In this document: in pieces, positions 13,819 through 32,900 of the stretch
Layout: each line of letters starts with the position of its first letter
Position numbering within the stretch: position 1 is the stretch's first letter
NCBI GenBank assembly: GCA_964016885.1
Contig: OZ024741.1
Span: 130,014,001-130,078,000 of the forward strand
DNA: 64,000 nt
Direction: 5' to 3'
Source of the DNA: Eledone cirrhosa
Taxonomy: Eukaryota
Program-made: the position numbers and the translations under genes
The notes under the pieces: generated by a model
Seen by the model: the letters and a program-made list of their open reading frames with translations, nothing else
Databases searched by the model: none
Told to the model about the DNA's origin: nothing

Positions 13819-13820
13819 TA

Positions 13821-14581
13821 TCTATATATAAATGGCAATTTCTGTCTGTGTGTAACCGGTTGGCGCCTACACCAGTGATCCGATCCTGATGAAACTTTAC
13901 ACACATACTAATATTCAGAAACAGGACTGGCTAATTGGATTTTAATTGTAATATGCAGTCTTTGAAAGTAGAGTTTATTTTGTCGATATTTCGAAGTGTC
14001 GGATCGTGAGAAGATTAACACGAATAAAGATGTAACGTCTCCCCCACTATTGAGACTTTGCATCAGCGAATGTTACAAGGCCCTCTTTAGGGCCAACACT
14101 TCTGATTGTTTATCCGACTTATTATGGTGTGTTTTCTCGGGTTATGTCTACTATAGGGGGAAATGGGATGGTTTTATTGAATTCCCTCAGTCATTCGAAG
14201 GGCTTCACAAACGATGATGTACAGGGTGCTTGAACAGTACATGAATATGTTCACTTGGTTATAATTGCGATGACTTCCTCAATAGTTCTATGTTTGTTCT
14301 TGAGCGCTAAGGCAGTAAATTTGCTATTCTTATACATAAGTTTGTTGAATAAGTTCGATACTCTTCGATCTCAAACTTCTCCGCTTTATTCACTCTGAAT
14401 GAAGAAAGCTGGATGGAAGAAGGAATTATGACTTAAACAGCTATTGATAGTTCCACACAAAAAATTGATCTGCCATAAACACACATAGCAAAGGTTGCTA
14501 TTGAAAATCCAGTCGCTAACATTTTCATCGCGAACTGCGAATAACCCCACCTTTCCCGGGTATTACCGGGTACAGCAGCTA

Positions 14582-14582
<1 letters not shown>
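13821..14582 (+). mobile_element. Non-autonomous Helitron
   Basis: 5' TCTATATATAAATGGCAATTTCTGTCTG; 3' hairpin CCCGG-GTATTA-CCGGG then CTAG|T. Confidence 0.65.
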
Positions 14583-14607
<25 letters not shown>

Positions 14608-14613
<6 letters not shown>

Positions 14614-15648
14614 TGTATATAAAATTAAGTATGTGTGTGTGTCTGTATGTCTGTGTATTACCTATAGGGGCCTACATCTTACGACCGATTTTCATGAAAA
14701 TTTACAGCCTCATAGATTAGTCATCGGGAATTTTCTATATATCAGCGCATCGTTTTTTTTTTTTATTATTCCGGGGTCATTCTGCAGATAAAAATCGATA
14801 AGGGGGGGGGGGGGTCACCTTTTTTTAGGTATCGAAAAATAAGGTTTTTGGCTCTAGCTCCCACATTTTGCCACCGATTTCCTTCAAATTTTAAAGCAAA
14901 ATAAAATTTATCATTTCACATCCTATAATGGCTTTATATTTTGCATTTGTTCTTCAGGGACGGCGTGGCAGCCGCTTAAATATTCAAAAATACCACTCTT
15001 AGACTCAAATTTCCACTTTTTCGGCTCTAGCTCCCACATTAATCAACCTACTTTGTTCAAATTTCACACTACGCTAGATCTAATTATTTCACGTCTTAAA
15101 TTGGCTTAACTTTTTGGATCTTTTGTTCAGGAACCGCGTGGCAGCTGCTCAAATATCCGAAAATACCACCTTTTCGCTCAAATTTCTGCCTTTTCGGCTC
15201 TAGCTCCCACAATTTTCAACCGATTTCGTTCAAATTCGAAACTTCGGCTCCACCTCACACATAAATCAATTTATTTGGTTCAACTTGTATACTACGATAG
15301 AACCTATCATTGCACATCTTATAGATGGTCAAAGGCAAAACGATGGCCACTGACGTCGTCTGAGCTTTTAGTTGTGTATTTGAGAATTCATCGGTTTCCA
15401 ATCAAGTAGCGTGAGGAAATTTGGCTTAGTGTTAGAGGTCATTACCTTCCTCCCCCAGCATGCCCCTTCGTCAGTCACCCGCGTTTCTCAGTGATAGAGG
15501 TCAGCACCACCCTCCTCCGCATGGCCTGTGTGTGGCCATAGATGAGTCATCGAGAAGCAGTCGCTAAGATCAACACCTTTTCATCAAAGCAGATATTATT
15601 TTACCTACCCAGGCAACGCAGGGTACTGCTGGGTACTGCTGCTGCTAG
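14608..15648 (+). mobile_element. Non-autonomous Helitron with internal ~172-bp repeats
   Basis: 5' TATACTGTATATAAAA followed by (TG/TCTG)n; GGCTCTAGCTCCCACA recurs at ~14850, ~15023 and ~15196; 3' imperfect hairpin then CTAG|T. Confidence 0.65.
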
Positions 15649-15879
15649 TATATATATATATATAGGAAAAGAATCAGGACCCCGACGGCTGAGCTTCGAC
15701 CGTTTCGACAGCTTGATCCGAACTAAACCAGTAGTATTAGGGCGTTGGGGTCCTGACTCTTTTCCTATTACCCACTCTACTACCCTAAGTATCGAGTACT
15801 CTGGGGCGTTATGGTCCACCTGGTTCCTTACCACACTTTCTTTGTTATATATGTATATATATATCATCATCATCATTAT

Positions 15880-16345
15880 TCGTCGACTACTGTCGAGATG
15901 ATGGATCTCACCCTCATGCCCCAGAATTCCCTGTCCTCCATCGCTGTCCCCAGGTCCTGTCTACTGATTCCCGTATCCCTAGAGATAACGTCAGGGAATG
16001 ACAGCTTCCTACTCCTAGTCAGGCTGGAGTCAGGGTTCCAGAGCAACAGAGCGGATATGATTTCATTGCTGGCACGGTGACAGTGACCAGCAAATTGAGC
16101 TCTCCGGGATTTTAGAAGGGCAGAGGCTCGAGGGAGTTTGCCAGAAAATTTTAGACAAGGTGGGATGTCGTTTCCAGGATAGGTTTTGCACTCTCATTAA
16201 GAGGCGGGTATATGTGCCATCCAATCTCCTCTCAAGTTGTGATGTTAGTGTCCAAGTTTCGGATCCATAAAGTAATATGGGCTTAATGGTTGCTTGGAAT
16301 ATTTCCAGTTTTAGCTTGTTGGTAAGTTGAGATGTCCATATACAT
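15880..16345 (-). mobile_element. RTE-clade LINE 3' fragment
   Basis: KLEIFQATIKPILLYGSETWTLT…RRLDGTYTRLLMRV is typical of the post-RT region of RTE elements; frameshifted. Confidence 0.75.
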
Positions 16346-16353
16346 ATCTTATC

Positions 16354-16428
<75 letters not shown>

Positions 16429-16686
16429 TTGTGTGTGTGTGCGCATGCGTGTGAGTGTCTTTGTATGAATGTGTGTCTATGAGCATGCTCGTGTCTGTGT
16501 CCCATAACTTAGTGGTTCGACGAAAAGGATCGATGAAACAAGTAACAGACTTGTGGAAAATATATACTAAGATCGATATGATCGACTGAATCCCTATCAG
16601 GCTATACCCCAGAAAGACCGCAGCCAAACGTCTGAGTCTAGTTAAAGAATAAATATAAAAGGTTGTATATACATATATATGTATTT

Positions 16687-16769
<83 letters not shown>

Positions 16770-16899
16770 GGATTCAGTAAACATTGTGTAACTGTTGGAA
16801 GGTATTCCTTACTCATGTGAAACTCAGTATAATATTGCTGTAAATCAGCAATTTATTTCCAAGATATATGTATTTTCTACAATGTATTGGTCGAGTCCT

Positions 16900-17165
16900 C
16901 GGTGACTAAACCGGCTCAACTACCAGACCCTGGAGGGTAAGTAAAACCCCAGCAGCACAAAAACAAAAGCTGTTAAAAGAGCAGATTAACTCATCAGTCA
17001 ATGGCCATGTCAACAATGGGTTAAATAGCCTCGCCAACTCGCAATTGGCCAAGTGTTGTGAGTAGCTCTACACCCCTGACTTGACTAAAAGCAAACGGAG
17101 AATAATGGAGGCCAACCAGGAAAGGTTTCCTCCAACAGGAGTGAAAGGGCCCTGGATTGGATTAT
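16900..17165. repeat. Unclassified interspersed repeat (second diverged copy at ~40350-40655)
   Basis: Shared ACTAAACCGGCTC…ACCAGACCCTG and TTAAATAGC…AATTGGCCAAGTGT.GTGAGTA…CAACAGGAGTGA. Confidence 0.65.
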
Positions 17166-18479
17166 ATATTGAGGTTCTTGCACTCACCCAACCACATGTT
17201 GCGGCTACCCTCCATGCCCATACCTATTCCTACTGTGTAGCAAAGCGGGTGGTGGCGCAAAACCAAGAATCAACTATTCTTACTTTGTTAATCGCGTATT
17301 CCATTTTCCCATGTGATGTGACAATAGATTGTAGGAAGGCTTTTTGGCACAGTAGTAGCTTCTGCCTCTTCACCCTTTGCAGGTACACACTTTCATATGT
17401 TCTACATCGGTCAACAGAACACATAACCCCCTCCCCCTCCAACTCACATCTGTCAGGGTTATCTCCTCTTTTGAAGAAATATGGAAGCACTTTCCACTTT
17501 GTGAAAAAACAGGCCCTGTCTTATTTTCCTCACCATTTCTTAAGAAAATTCATTGGGTATAGAGGCACAAATTTTGTGAGATACCCCTTTCACGCCTTTT
17601 CTTTTGTCTGATGTTGAGCGATGTATATTCTTTCTAGCTTTTAGGCTTATAATTTTTGCAAAGGATGATTTACTGTAGTTGTATTGTTAATATTGGTAGT
17701 GATGCTTTTGTTATTATCATTTAAAACTAACGAGACAGTTTCTAAAATCAGAATTATTTGTATAAACGATACAGGAACCATCTTTACACTGTAACTATAC
17801 TTGCAAGAAACAGTTGCTAAATCATCCTCAAATCCGACCGTATCATTTCAAATAAAGAAGGACAGAGTCTGTGCCTTAAAACAACAACAACAAAAAAAAA
17901 TGAAAAACACAAAACAAAAAAAAACTATACGTTAAGTTCACTATCTGAATGTTTTTATTCAAAACATGCTAGATAGCATTTGGCAACAACTACTAATATT
18001 GCTACTACTACAATTAAAACAACATCAACAAAAGACCTAACATCATAGCTATCACCACCACCACTACCACCACCACCACCACCACCACCACCACCACCAC
18101 GACCATCATCATCATCATCATCATCATCGCGTTCAACGACAAAAACAACAACGGCGACAAATCAACAAAAACAACAACAGTAGGAATAAAATAAACGAAA
18201 CAGCTACAAAACAATGGTGTGTGTTGAAACTAAAGTGATATTTTTACATAGCAATTTGTTATTTAAAACATATTTGAAAGTAAATATCTAGAGAATGTTG
18301 TGTCGCTTAATGTCTTAGTGTACCAAACTGTAAGTTAGTACTGCACAGTCGAACTAAACGTAAGTTGGTATCAAAACACATTTGGTATAAGTTCCATCGT
18401 TGTAGACTAGAGTGCTGCATTCGTTGAAATTGCAAAGTTCAATTCTTACCATGGAGGGAAAACAACATGTTAAATATCT

Positions 18480-23340
<4,861 letters not shown>

Positions 23341-23571
23341 CTTTTCATCATTCTTAAGGTACCTTCTGATATAGGGATTGTGTTGTATTCAGCCCTCAGA
23401 TTATGTTTATCTCTACATAATTTTGGAACATTTCTCAATTTCTTTGAGAGATACTTTATCGCTTTTGGATCTGAAACTTCGATTATGGGCCGCGTCCTTT
23501 CTGAACAACATAATGCAGCCGATTAGCCTTCTTATCTCAGTCTGCGTTTAAAATTATTAGCATTAGTATTA

Positions 23572-23790
23572 GTAGGAGGGTTGTGGATATTTGTTATGAC
23601 ATTTTACGTTCTGAATTCAAATCCCACCCGTGTCCAGCATTGTCCTTCATTCTTTAAGAGGTCGATAAAGTAATGTACCAGTGATGTACTAGGGATGATA
23701 TAACCGACTTTGCCACCCCCCCCCCCCTAAAAAAAAAGAAAAAAAAACTACTTGCCTTGTGCCTAAATTAAAATTCATGCTTATTAATAT
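23572..23790 (+). mobile_element. Decayed SINE
   Basis: GAATTCAAATCCCACC…CCTTCATTC…GGTCGATAAAG…GTACCAG…GCCTTGTGCCTAAA. Confidence 0.6.
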
Positions 23791-24419
23791 AAAGTTGTAT
23801 AGTTAATACAATGTATTGTGAGATATGTAATAAATGACTGATAAGTATTTCAGAAAGCTGGTAAAATGTGGTAGAAATATATAAAAGGCAAAGGATGACA
23901 AATAAAACAAAACAGAAATGTTTTACCTAATATATTATTTCAACATATTTCAGGGCTGTTACCCTTTTACCCTTTTTTCTAAATGTGAAGCAGAAACGGT
24001 TCAAAACAGAAATGAACGATCGATGTGTTCTTCATTTTATTACTTTGTTTTGTTTTATTTGTCATCCTTTGTCCTTTATATATTTCTACCGCATTGCACC
24101 GACCTTTTGGAACTTATCGGTCTTTATTACATAAATATTAGTATTAGTAAATTAGCAGAATCTTTAGAGCTTCGGTTAAAATGCTTTGCAGGACTCAGTG
24201 AGTTCGAGTCCTGCTAAGCTCGAGTTTGCCTTTCGTCTTTACGGTGATGATATCATAAATTGAAGTACTAGTTAAGTACTGAGGAGGATATATAATCGAC
24301 TAATCCTTCTGAAACATCTATGGTTTGCGCAGGATTTTGGCTGTTCCCAGCAGAGTTATAATTAGACAAATTGTAGCGTCATAAATCCAGGTGTGACTTC
24401 TATGTTTATAATCTACTTT

Positions 24420-24965
24420 ATATATTATTGTTAGGACAATGGGATTGATGAGTTAATATCTGTATACAACAACTACAACGGTGCGCGATGGGGCCCACCC
24501 ACAGCCCCGGCGGACAGAATGTAGAAGGCGTTTCCCCGGAGGACGACAAGCGAGACGCGCTGGAAAAGCCAATCCAACTCGCGAGGCTCACACCTGCGGC
24601 TGGCCAGCTCAGCGCCTATGGTGGTGAGTAACGAGGTAGCCCTGGGGCCGTGGACACCAGAAGTCTCCACTGCCAGGGGTACGACCGCAAACCTGTCGGA
24701 GAGCGACCGGTATTTGAAGAGTTTGGCCACCTCAGCCCGACGTGCAGCAGAACCTGGGTCAGTCGCATACTGCACCAGGTTGCGGCTGCAGAAAGTGACG
24801 GTGCAAGTGGCATCCCAGATGAGGGGTTTGCCACCGCGGAACGGGAAGATGGTCATGCCATCTGGCCTTTTGCCGTCCCCTCGATCCAGCCCCACCGGCT
24901 CGAGCTGGGAAGGGAAGCCTGCAGCGTCAAAGCCATGCTTAATGACCTCGTTGAGGGCAGCATTA
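24420..24965 (-). mobile_element. CRE-like non-LTR 3' fragment (restriction-like endonuclease)
   Basis: LEP.GLDRGDGKRPDG…LIWDATC…AEVAKLFKY…PLAVETSG; GC-rich island in AT-rich context. Confidence 0.8.
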
Positions 24966-25619
24966 GGTTCATATTTTTGTTATCATATATAGAGTTCCAA
25001 TTATTTTTGATATTGTTTTTCCCTTCATAATCTATTTCTTATATATTTCGATTTCAAAATCCTTGAACCTAAACAGTTTTTCTATTATTTTCACTCTTAT
25101 TTTCGTCACTAGAGATTACAATGCTTATCTGGGTGCATGTGTTTTTCCAGTTCTTGATTATTCTGTCTAGATGGTTTGTCTTTGTCTGCTAGTCACTTTA
25201 GATTGGCATATCGAAGATAATTGTGACCATGTCGTTGTCATACACCATGTTTTTATTCATTTCCACATTGCCGACATATTGCTCAGTGGATATATAGTAG
25301 CCAATTTTATCATATCTGTGTATATATTCAGGCATGGAAATGACTGAAGGACCTGAGAGAATCCGGTCAACCTTATATCTGTGGTGATTGCAAAATGGGC
25401 ATTTGATGTAAAAATGCGTTTTGATTAGTTTGCTTTGTGGCCAGAAATTGGCTTTGCACAGTGAAAATCAATTCTTCTGATTCTGTTTTGACTTTCTTCA
25501 CTTTGACTTAGATCTCTGTCGAGTGCTGTGGGTAATTGGCTGTGTAGTAGTTTTTCTCTCCATTTTTTCTTTGGTATATTTTGTAATTCCGTTTGTCTGA
25601 CAGGGATGTCCCATCTACA

Positions 25620-27340
25620 CTCTCATCTAAGTGTTGACCGTTGGAGCTTCTACTACGGAGAATGGAAATCTCGATAGGCACTCCGCTATAACCTGGTCAC
25701 AAGAGAGTCTTGTCTGCTTACGTACATAGCGTTACTATCATGGTGTCTGGCACTTTAGATATAGAAGTAGTTGACACCATATTGCAAGAATACTAGAAGG
25801 TTACTGAAGTCTGCATTAAACAAGAAAAGTCACTGGGCTTGAAACTCGACATATGGAGAAGCAGACCCATGCTAGCCAGCGGAAATCTCTCCCGTTGGAC
25901 TGACAACCCAGTCAAATACTTGGAGCCTGGCTTAGACCAGACCTCCACGTACACAAGAACTTGCAAGAAGTCACGACCAAGGGAGCTAATCTCACACAGA
26001 ATTGGGCAGAGAGAAAGCTGACTCTCAAAGGTTGGGCAGATGTGAGAAACACCTACCTTGCATCGACAGCATACTACCAACTGTCGGTCGTATCATACCC
26101 CACAAAACACCTGACCAGATCGAAATGCATGCTCCTCCAAGTTTTTGGAATGGGTAAGTCTCGCTGGTCAGAGAATCCATCTGCTATTAATATTCACTCC
26201 TTGGTGGCTTTGGGTTGCCATCATTTTTGATATGCAGACATACGCTATGGTTAATGCATCTGTTGAACTACCCACAACGATGATATCAACGAAAGTGAAA
26301 CCCAACCAGAGTGCGTGCTCTTGATCAAACTACAGCTGTGGGTCAATTTTGTCAGACATTCACGTCACTTTACTAACTGAACAACCCGATAGGAGACTAG
26401 AAAACAACATTTGAGTTTTATAGAGTGTTGGTGGAAGGTAAGAGTGACGATGACATGGGAGCAGTTCTGGAGGACATTCAGGTTAAGGATCATGTACAAT
26501 TTCAAGAATCCTTGGCATGGCTGTGTTGCAGCGCGGAACTTCCAGTTCGAGACAAGCTCTACATGCATGGACGTGAAAACAGTTGGACCTGTCCGAAATG
26601 CACACAAGGCAATGAAACACCCCTGCATGCTATCACTGAGTGCCCGTGAATTGCAGAGTTTTGGGCTTGTGTCCAACAACTGCTATCACGTGTATGACAG
26701 ATCCAGCTATCAACCGATTCTATAACGAAAATTGAACCGCTGGCGTCTTTTAGAAGAAAAGTGCAGCATGTCTTTCTTTGCGTGGTAGCCAAGGAAGCTG
26801 TATGATGGACTCATCTAAAACGATAGAGGACAGGAAACTTCTTTTCCGGTCAAGTCATCATTAACATTTTCAAGTTCTTTGAAAAGCAGGGTGCTGTCTT
26901 CTAGTGTACTTTATGACAGGTTTTCTTCTTCAACACATTCATCTCATTGTGGACAACCTCCTCATGTATCACATCATAGGCAGTTTCATTTACAGTTCCT
27001 TCATTTGCCACATTTCCATAATCTCCGTTTTCAGCCTCTTCAGAACTTTCACTCTACATGTCAAGAGCCCTTCTTCTAATAAAGTCAAGCTCTACATCAG
27101 TTAATCACACACACACATTCTAATCGCTCTGACATGAACGCATAATCTCTGTTCAGATATTTTAAACATTCCCTTTCCTCTATTGTTTGTGCACTCTTTG
27201 TCTGTATCCTCTGATTGGTCTTCCATCATCCTCAACAGGATTAATTAGGTAGTAGCATACCATGAATACAACATTCAGTTAATATTTCCTTAATGCCAGC
27301 CCTGTGTGATTAATAAAGATACCATTATTATCATTATTTG
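25620..27340 (+). mobile_element. Old, decayed relative of the arrayed Tx1-like LINE (3' part)
   Basis: Fragments RWTDNPVK, WAERKLTLKG, LVEGKSDD, LPVRDKLY..CPKC..ETPLHA match ORF2 of the array; ends CCCTGTGTGATTAATAAAGATACCATTATTA. Confidence 0.85.
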
Positions 27341-27499
27341 ATTATTTATCAACTTTGATGTTGCTTTGGGCCGGCTATTTTAAGAAATACCGATCTACAA
27401 CTAGTAAGCTAGGGTAACTCCAACTTTTTCGTATCATTCCTTATCATTTCATTACTCTTTTACCTGTTCCAGCCATCCGACTGAGGCCATGCTGGGGCA

Positions 27500-28900
27500 C
27501 CATGCTGGTAGTTCATAACCTTTCTCAATATTCGGATTGTTCCCAGTAGGCATGTCTTCTCAAACTGTTCAATCCCTGGTGTAAAGTTTATTTTCAACAG
27601 GTAGTTTTCTTTGTCACCATGCCAAGAGCACCAATCACCACAAGGACAATGGAGACTGTCTTCACCTCATTATTCCAGCATTTCAAGATCTTATATTTTA
27701 AGTCACTATAAGCCCCTTCTTTCTCCTCTTTTCATATAATTATGGTGTCAAAAGGACATACTACATCTACGAGGGTACAGTTTCTTTCATTTTTTCTAAA
27801 TTATAACAATATCTGGTTTGTTGTGTTCAGCTAAGTTAGGAAGTCTCATAAGACCTTTACCTTATCGTTATCTTGCACTCTCATCTCATTTGTGACACCA
27901 TGTTCATAGCTTTCTTCTGCACATGGAAATCTATACTTTTTACACAAGTTCCAGTGCAGCATGGTAGCCACCTTATCATGCCAACCTTTTCTATAATCAA
28001 TCAGGTCTTAAGTGCTTACACTCTGAAACGATATTGGCAACTGTCTCTGCTTTCTACCCACAAATCCTGCATTCAGCTTGAACATCTTTCAGGTTTTCAT
28101 TACCCGCCTTGTTCCTATAGCTTGAACTTATGCTGCTAATATAAGTCTTTTGTTTCTTTCTTAATGTAGCCTTTTCATAACCATAACCAAATATTTTTGT
28201 TATTACACACGTTTCTTGTTCCCTTAAGGGATGCTGAATGCAAGGGGTTTCTCATAAAATGCTTTTCTACACTCTTCAGCAATCATAGTCTTTGTGTTTT
28301 CTGAGTCCCCATTTTTCTCATGCCTTCCCTGACAACCTCCCCCAATAGAAGCTTTTCTTCTTTATCTTTTATGTAGATGTCCATACCATTTTCTCCCATT
28401 TTGACAGCATTCTGTACACTCAGTAATCTCCTACGCCCCTGCTTTCATTTCCAATAGAGACTGTCTACATCACATTGTTTGAGCATTTTCCTTGTTTTCC
28501 GATCAATTTTCTTCAACTCTACCTTTGCCCATCCTATTATACCTGATCCGAACCTAATTACTGAAACAATTCTGGCGATTATTGCCTGCACAATATTTCC
28601 CCCATTCAAATTGGATTTGATGATCATCCCCAACTTCGAAAGTACACTTTTCTGACAGTTTCTTTCATTTTTATTTCTTTTGTTTTTTTACTTCATGGCT
28701 TTGTAGCACACCTAGATATTTATATGCTTCGTCTGTTTCCAATGACTTGATTCTTTCACCGTTTGTTTTTTCAATTCCATCACACCTTACCAGCTTTACA
28801 CGCTGTACCTCTATCATTGCATACTTTGAAATGCCAAACTCCATCCTAATGTCTTCAGAAATTGCTCTGACTGTTTGGACTAAGGTTTCTAGCTCTTCAT
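27500..28900 (-). mobile_element. R4/Dong-like non-LTR fragment (RT C-terminus + RLE endonuclease)
   Basis: SEDIRMEFGISK, YKYLGV, LNGGN, ELKKIDRKTRKML, HDKVA..LHWNLC, HNKPDIV..CTLVDV, VVIGALG; heavily disrupted. Confidence 0.75.
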
Positions 28901-28916
28901 TATTATTAACTTTCAA

Positions 28917-29450
28917 GGGCGGTGGATTGGCTGTATCGGTAGAGGGTCGGAGGCCATGCTTTGCAGTAAAGAGTTACGTCCCTTCATGGCCTGAGTTCAA
29001 ATCCCGCCGAGGTTAACTTTGCCTTTCATCCTTACGGGGTCGATAAAATAAAGCACCAATAATGCACTGGGATAATTCCTGGCCTTGTGCCAAAAGTAGA
29101 AACAATTATTATTAGCTTTCCCTTTCATCTTTATGAGGTCGATAAAATAAAGTACCAGTCACGCATTGGGGACGATTTAATCGAATTATCCTTGCTCCAA
29201 ATTGCTGGCCTTGTGCCTAAACCAGAAATCATTATTAAAGGCGGTGGATTGGCAGAATCGTTAAAGCATCGGACACCCTGCTTTATGTTCTGAGTTCAAA
29301 TCCCGCTGAGGTTAGCTTTACCTTTCGTCCTTACGGGGTCGACAAAATAAAATAAAGTACCAGTGATGCACTGGTGTCGATTTAATCGGCTTTCTCCTCC
29401 CTTCAGTTTTTCTGGCCTTGTGCCTAAAAGTAGAAACAATCTATATATTA
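28917..29450 (+). mobile_element. Three tandem SINE copies (middle one 5'-truncated)
   Basis: Heads at ~28918 and ~29239, truncated copy ~29113-29237; the first two end AGAAA(C/T)(A/C)ATTATTA. Confidence 0.85.
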
Positions 29451-29959
29451 ATTTGAACAACGTCAGTATTCCGTGTGTCATAATTCTCGATTATCATTGG
29501 TTCATAGGTTTCAAACGACTCCGCCCACCTCAACGACGCCAAACTGAAATTAATATGCATAATGCCAATGAGGGAGTGAGAGGGGAGAGTGTGAACGCTG
29601 TGTTCAATAACTATTAACATGTGTGTGTGTGTATGTACGTGCCCGTATGTTTATGTGTGTGTGCGTGCGTGCAGCGTTCCACAGAAAGTAAAAACTATCA
29701 ACATGTGTGAGTGTGTGCGTGTGTAAGTTTGCGTGCGTGTGTGCGTTTCCATGCGTGTATGTGTGTGGCGTTCCACAATCGCCACGCAGTTTATCTGTCT
29801 GTGTGCCTGTCTGTTAGTCTAACATACACAGAGTTGTGAAGGGAGTAAATAGGGACCTTACTTTACATTGACAGACATCTTTTATATTTATTATTGTGTC
29901 ATTTTTTGACAATTGCTCGAAATGAATACTGATAATAAAAGCAATTCGACTTTATCAAA

Positions 29960-32900
29960 CAGTGAACTACAGTGGCGACGGCGTGCAGCCAGCAATGAAG
30001 AAAAACAGGCCGAATAGCGCCATCGGAACGCCGAACTTCAGAGGCGAAGACGTGCCGCCATGAATGAAGAGGAGCTGGCTGAACAGCGCCAACGAAACAC
30101 TGGAGCCAAGCAGCGACGGCGTGCTGCGATGGGTGAAGACGAACTGGCTGAGCATCATTAGCAGATGGCCAGAATTCAGCAGCAACGGCGTGCTGCGATG
30201 GATGAAGAGGAGCTAGCTGAACAGCGCCAGCGCAATACAGAAGTTCAGAGAATGTGTCGCCAAAGTGCTCCTCATTTCAGTAAAGAGGCTAGAAGGCGAA
30301 CAAATGATATTACAAATGGATCATGGCAACCGTGTCTTTTTCAGTGGACGAGCAGAGTGTCCACATTGTGGAGCATTGCTTTGGAGGCACCAAAAGACGT
30401 GGACCACAATATGCTGTCATAAAGGAGCAGTTCAACTAGAACCCTTGCGAACTCCGGATGATGAGGAGTCACCGGAGTTTAAAATACTAAGTATGTGGGG
30501 TGATCAAGGAGACCGAGGTAGATTACTGCGCAAATATTCGCGGCAAATTAACAATTCATTAGCTTTAGCATTGCAGAGAGTTAGTGAGATGTTTGAGAGT
30601 GGAGCATGGCAACCGAATGTAGTCATTCAAGGCCGTTTGTATCATTGTATCGGTAATTTAGAAGTTACCCCAGGATAAAGGCCTCGATTCGCTCAAATTT
30701 ACGTTAACGATCCAGATTATAGTGAATCGGAGGAGGATATCAGGATCGGTTGGATGAAGTTGCCGGGAAATATAACTGAACTTGAACGGCAAAGGTTAAG
30801 TGATTTGATCCGTGATTTGCAATCATAGCTTAGACAGTGTAATCCTTATGTTATGGAGTTCATGTTGGTGGCTGAACTGAAAAATGTTCAGCAGCAAACA
30901 TTGGTGATTAAGGCTGACGCAGTGCCAAGGAATCAACACCAACGGCGATATAATGCTCCTGAAGGATTTCGTGAAATTGCTGTGTTGATGGACGATAAGC
31001 CTGGATCGAGAGATATCGTCCTTAATCACAGAGATGGTGGTCTCAAGACTATCAATGAGTCAAATAGGGCATACGATCGATTGCATTATGTTCTTTTATT
31101 CCAAAAAGGTGAAAATGGATGGAACATGTCTGTTCATTTAGATGATCACGAGAATCAGCATCAACAGGGAGGTGGCAATAGACACAATAATTCGATTCGC
31201 GACTTTTACGCGTTCCATTTGAACGAGCGGAATCAACAGAGAAATGCACTATTTCAAGCCAGCAGATTGTTCCAGGAATACTGTTGTATGGCATTCGCAA
31301 AGATCGAAAATCAAAGGCTAAATTATATAGCTACACATCAGCAACATATCAGAGCTGAATTGTATAATAATATACAGGATGCGATAATAGCCGATGATGC
31401 CAATTACAAGCAAATTGGTCGACGCATCATTTTGCCATCGTCGTTCATCGGCGGCCCGAGATATATGAACATTCGCTATCAGGTTGCAATGGCTATTGTC
31501 AGAAAGTTTGGAAAGCCAGATTTGTTTATAACGGTTACATGCAATCCTGAATGGACTGATATTAATGATGTACTTTTGCCAAGACAACAGCCAAAGGACC
31601 GTCCTGATATTGTGGCAAGAGTATTCAAAGGATATCTGAAAAAGATAATGGATGATGTGGAAAAAGAGGGAATCTTTGGAGGTATAGATGCTTTTACATA
31701 CGTAATTGAATTCCAAAAAAGAGGATTGCCACATGCACATTTGCTGATCATTTTATATAGAGATTGCAAATTGAGATGTGCTGAGGATGTCGACAGCATT
31801 GTGTGTGCTGAACTACCGGAGAATGAGGCACTACGCAACTTGGTGGCAAAGACGATGGTGCACAACCAATGCGGAGTGACAAATCAGAAAGCGCCTTGCA
31901 TGAAAAATGGCCAATGCAGTAAGCACTTTCCGAAATCTTTTGTCACGAACACTTCCTGGAACGATGGGGATGCTCATCCCTCATACAGAAGACGGTCGCC
32001 TGCAGATGGCGGTTTGGTCGAAAATGTAAACGGTCGACAGGTTACAAATCAATGGGTTGTGCCATACAATCCATATTTGATTATGAAATATCGTTGTCAT
32101 ATTAATGTGGAAATTTGTAGCTCAGTGAAAGCTTGCAAATATCTATTCAAATATGTTTACAAAGGTCATGATCGGGCAATGCTCAATGTCAGGAATGAGG
32201 AAGCGAACCAAGGAGATGAAGTTGGCAGGTTCCAGGATGTTGTTCGATTTTGATCTCAATGAACGCAAACCCAGTGTTCAGAAACTGACGGTTCACTTGG
32301 AGAATAGGCAAATGGTCTGTTTTCAGGACACTAGAAGAGGTGTCGAAAGAATTGCTAACGCACCACCTCCTAAGACGGAAGTGGCTGAGTGGTTCAAGCA
32401 TAATAGGGAACATTCTTTGAACCCGGATCAAAGCAACTCTACTGCCATTTCCCTTCGCACTATACATGGGATAAGAAGGGAAAGAAATGGAATGATAGAA
32501 AACAAAAGTTGAGATTCATGACTATTGAACGGGTTTGTAATGTCCATTCAGCATCTGGTGATGTGTTTTATCTCCGAATTCTGTTGCATAATGATTTTTA
32601 GAGAAGTAAACAGAGCTTCACTGATTTGAAAACAATCAATGGCGTGGAATATGAAACATACCAGGCTGTGTCTCAGCATCTGGGACTCCTTCAGGACGAC
32701 GCTGAATGGAATAACGCCATGGAAGCTGCAGGAACAAAATAGATGCCAGCTCAAATAAGGCAGTTGTTTGTCACGATTCTAGGATTCTGCAATCCTGCCG
32801 ATCCAAGAGAGTTATTTGAACGCCATTGGGGAATTATGGCTGATGATTTTAGGCATCATCTTCAGGTCGATGATGAAAATTTGATGAAAGCTATTGTTTG

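Noticed and set aside
13884-13900. CTGATGAAAC resembling a hammerhead core
   Set aside because: The boxes overlap with no stem II; part of a Helitron-like 5' region.
17081-17611. 176-aa ORF
   Set aside because: No recognisable motif; overlaps a decayed interspersed repeat.
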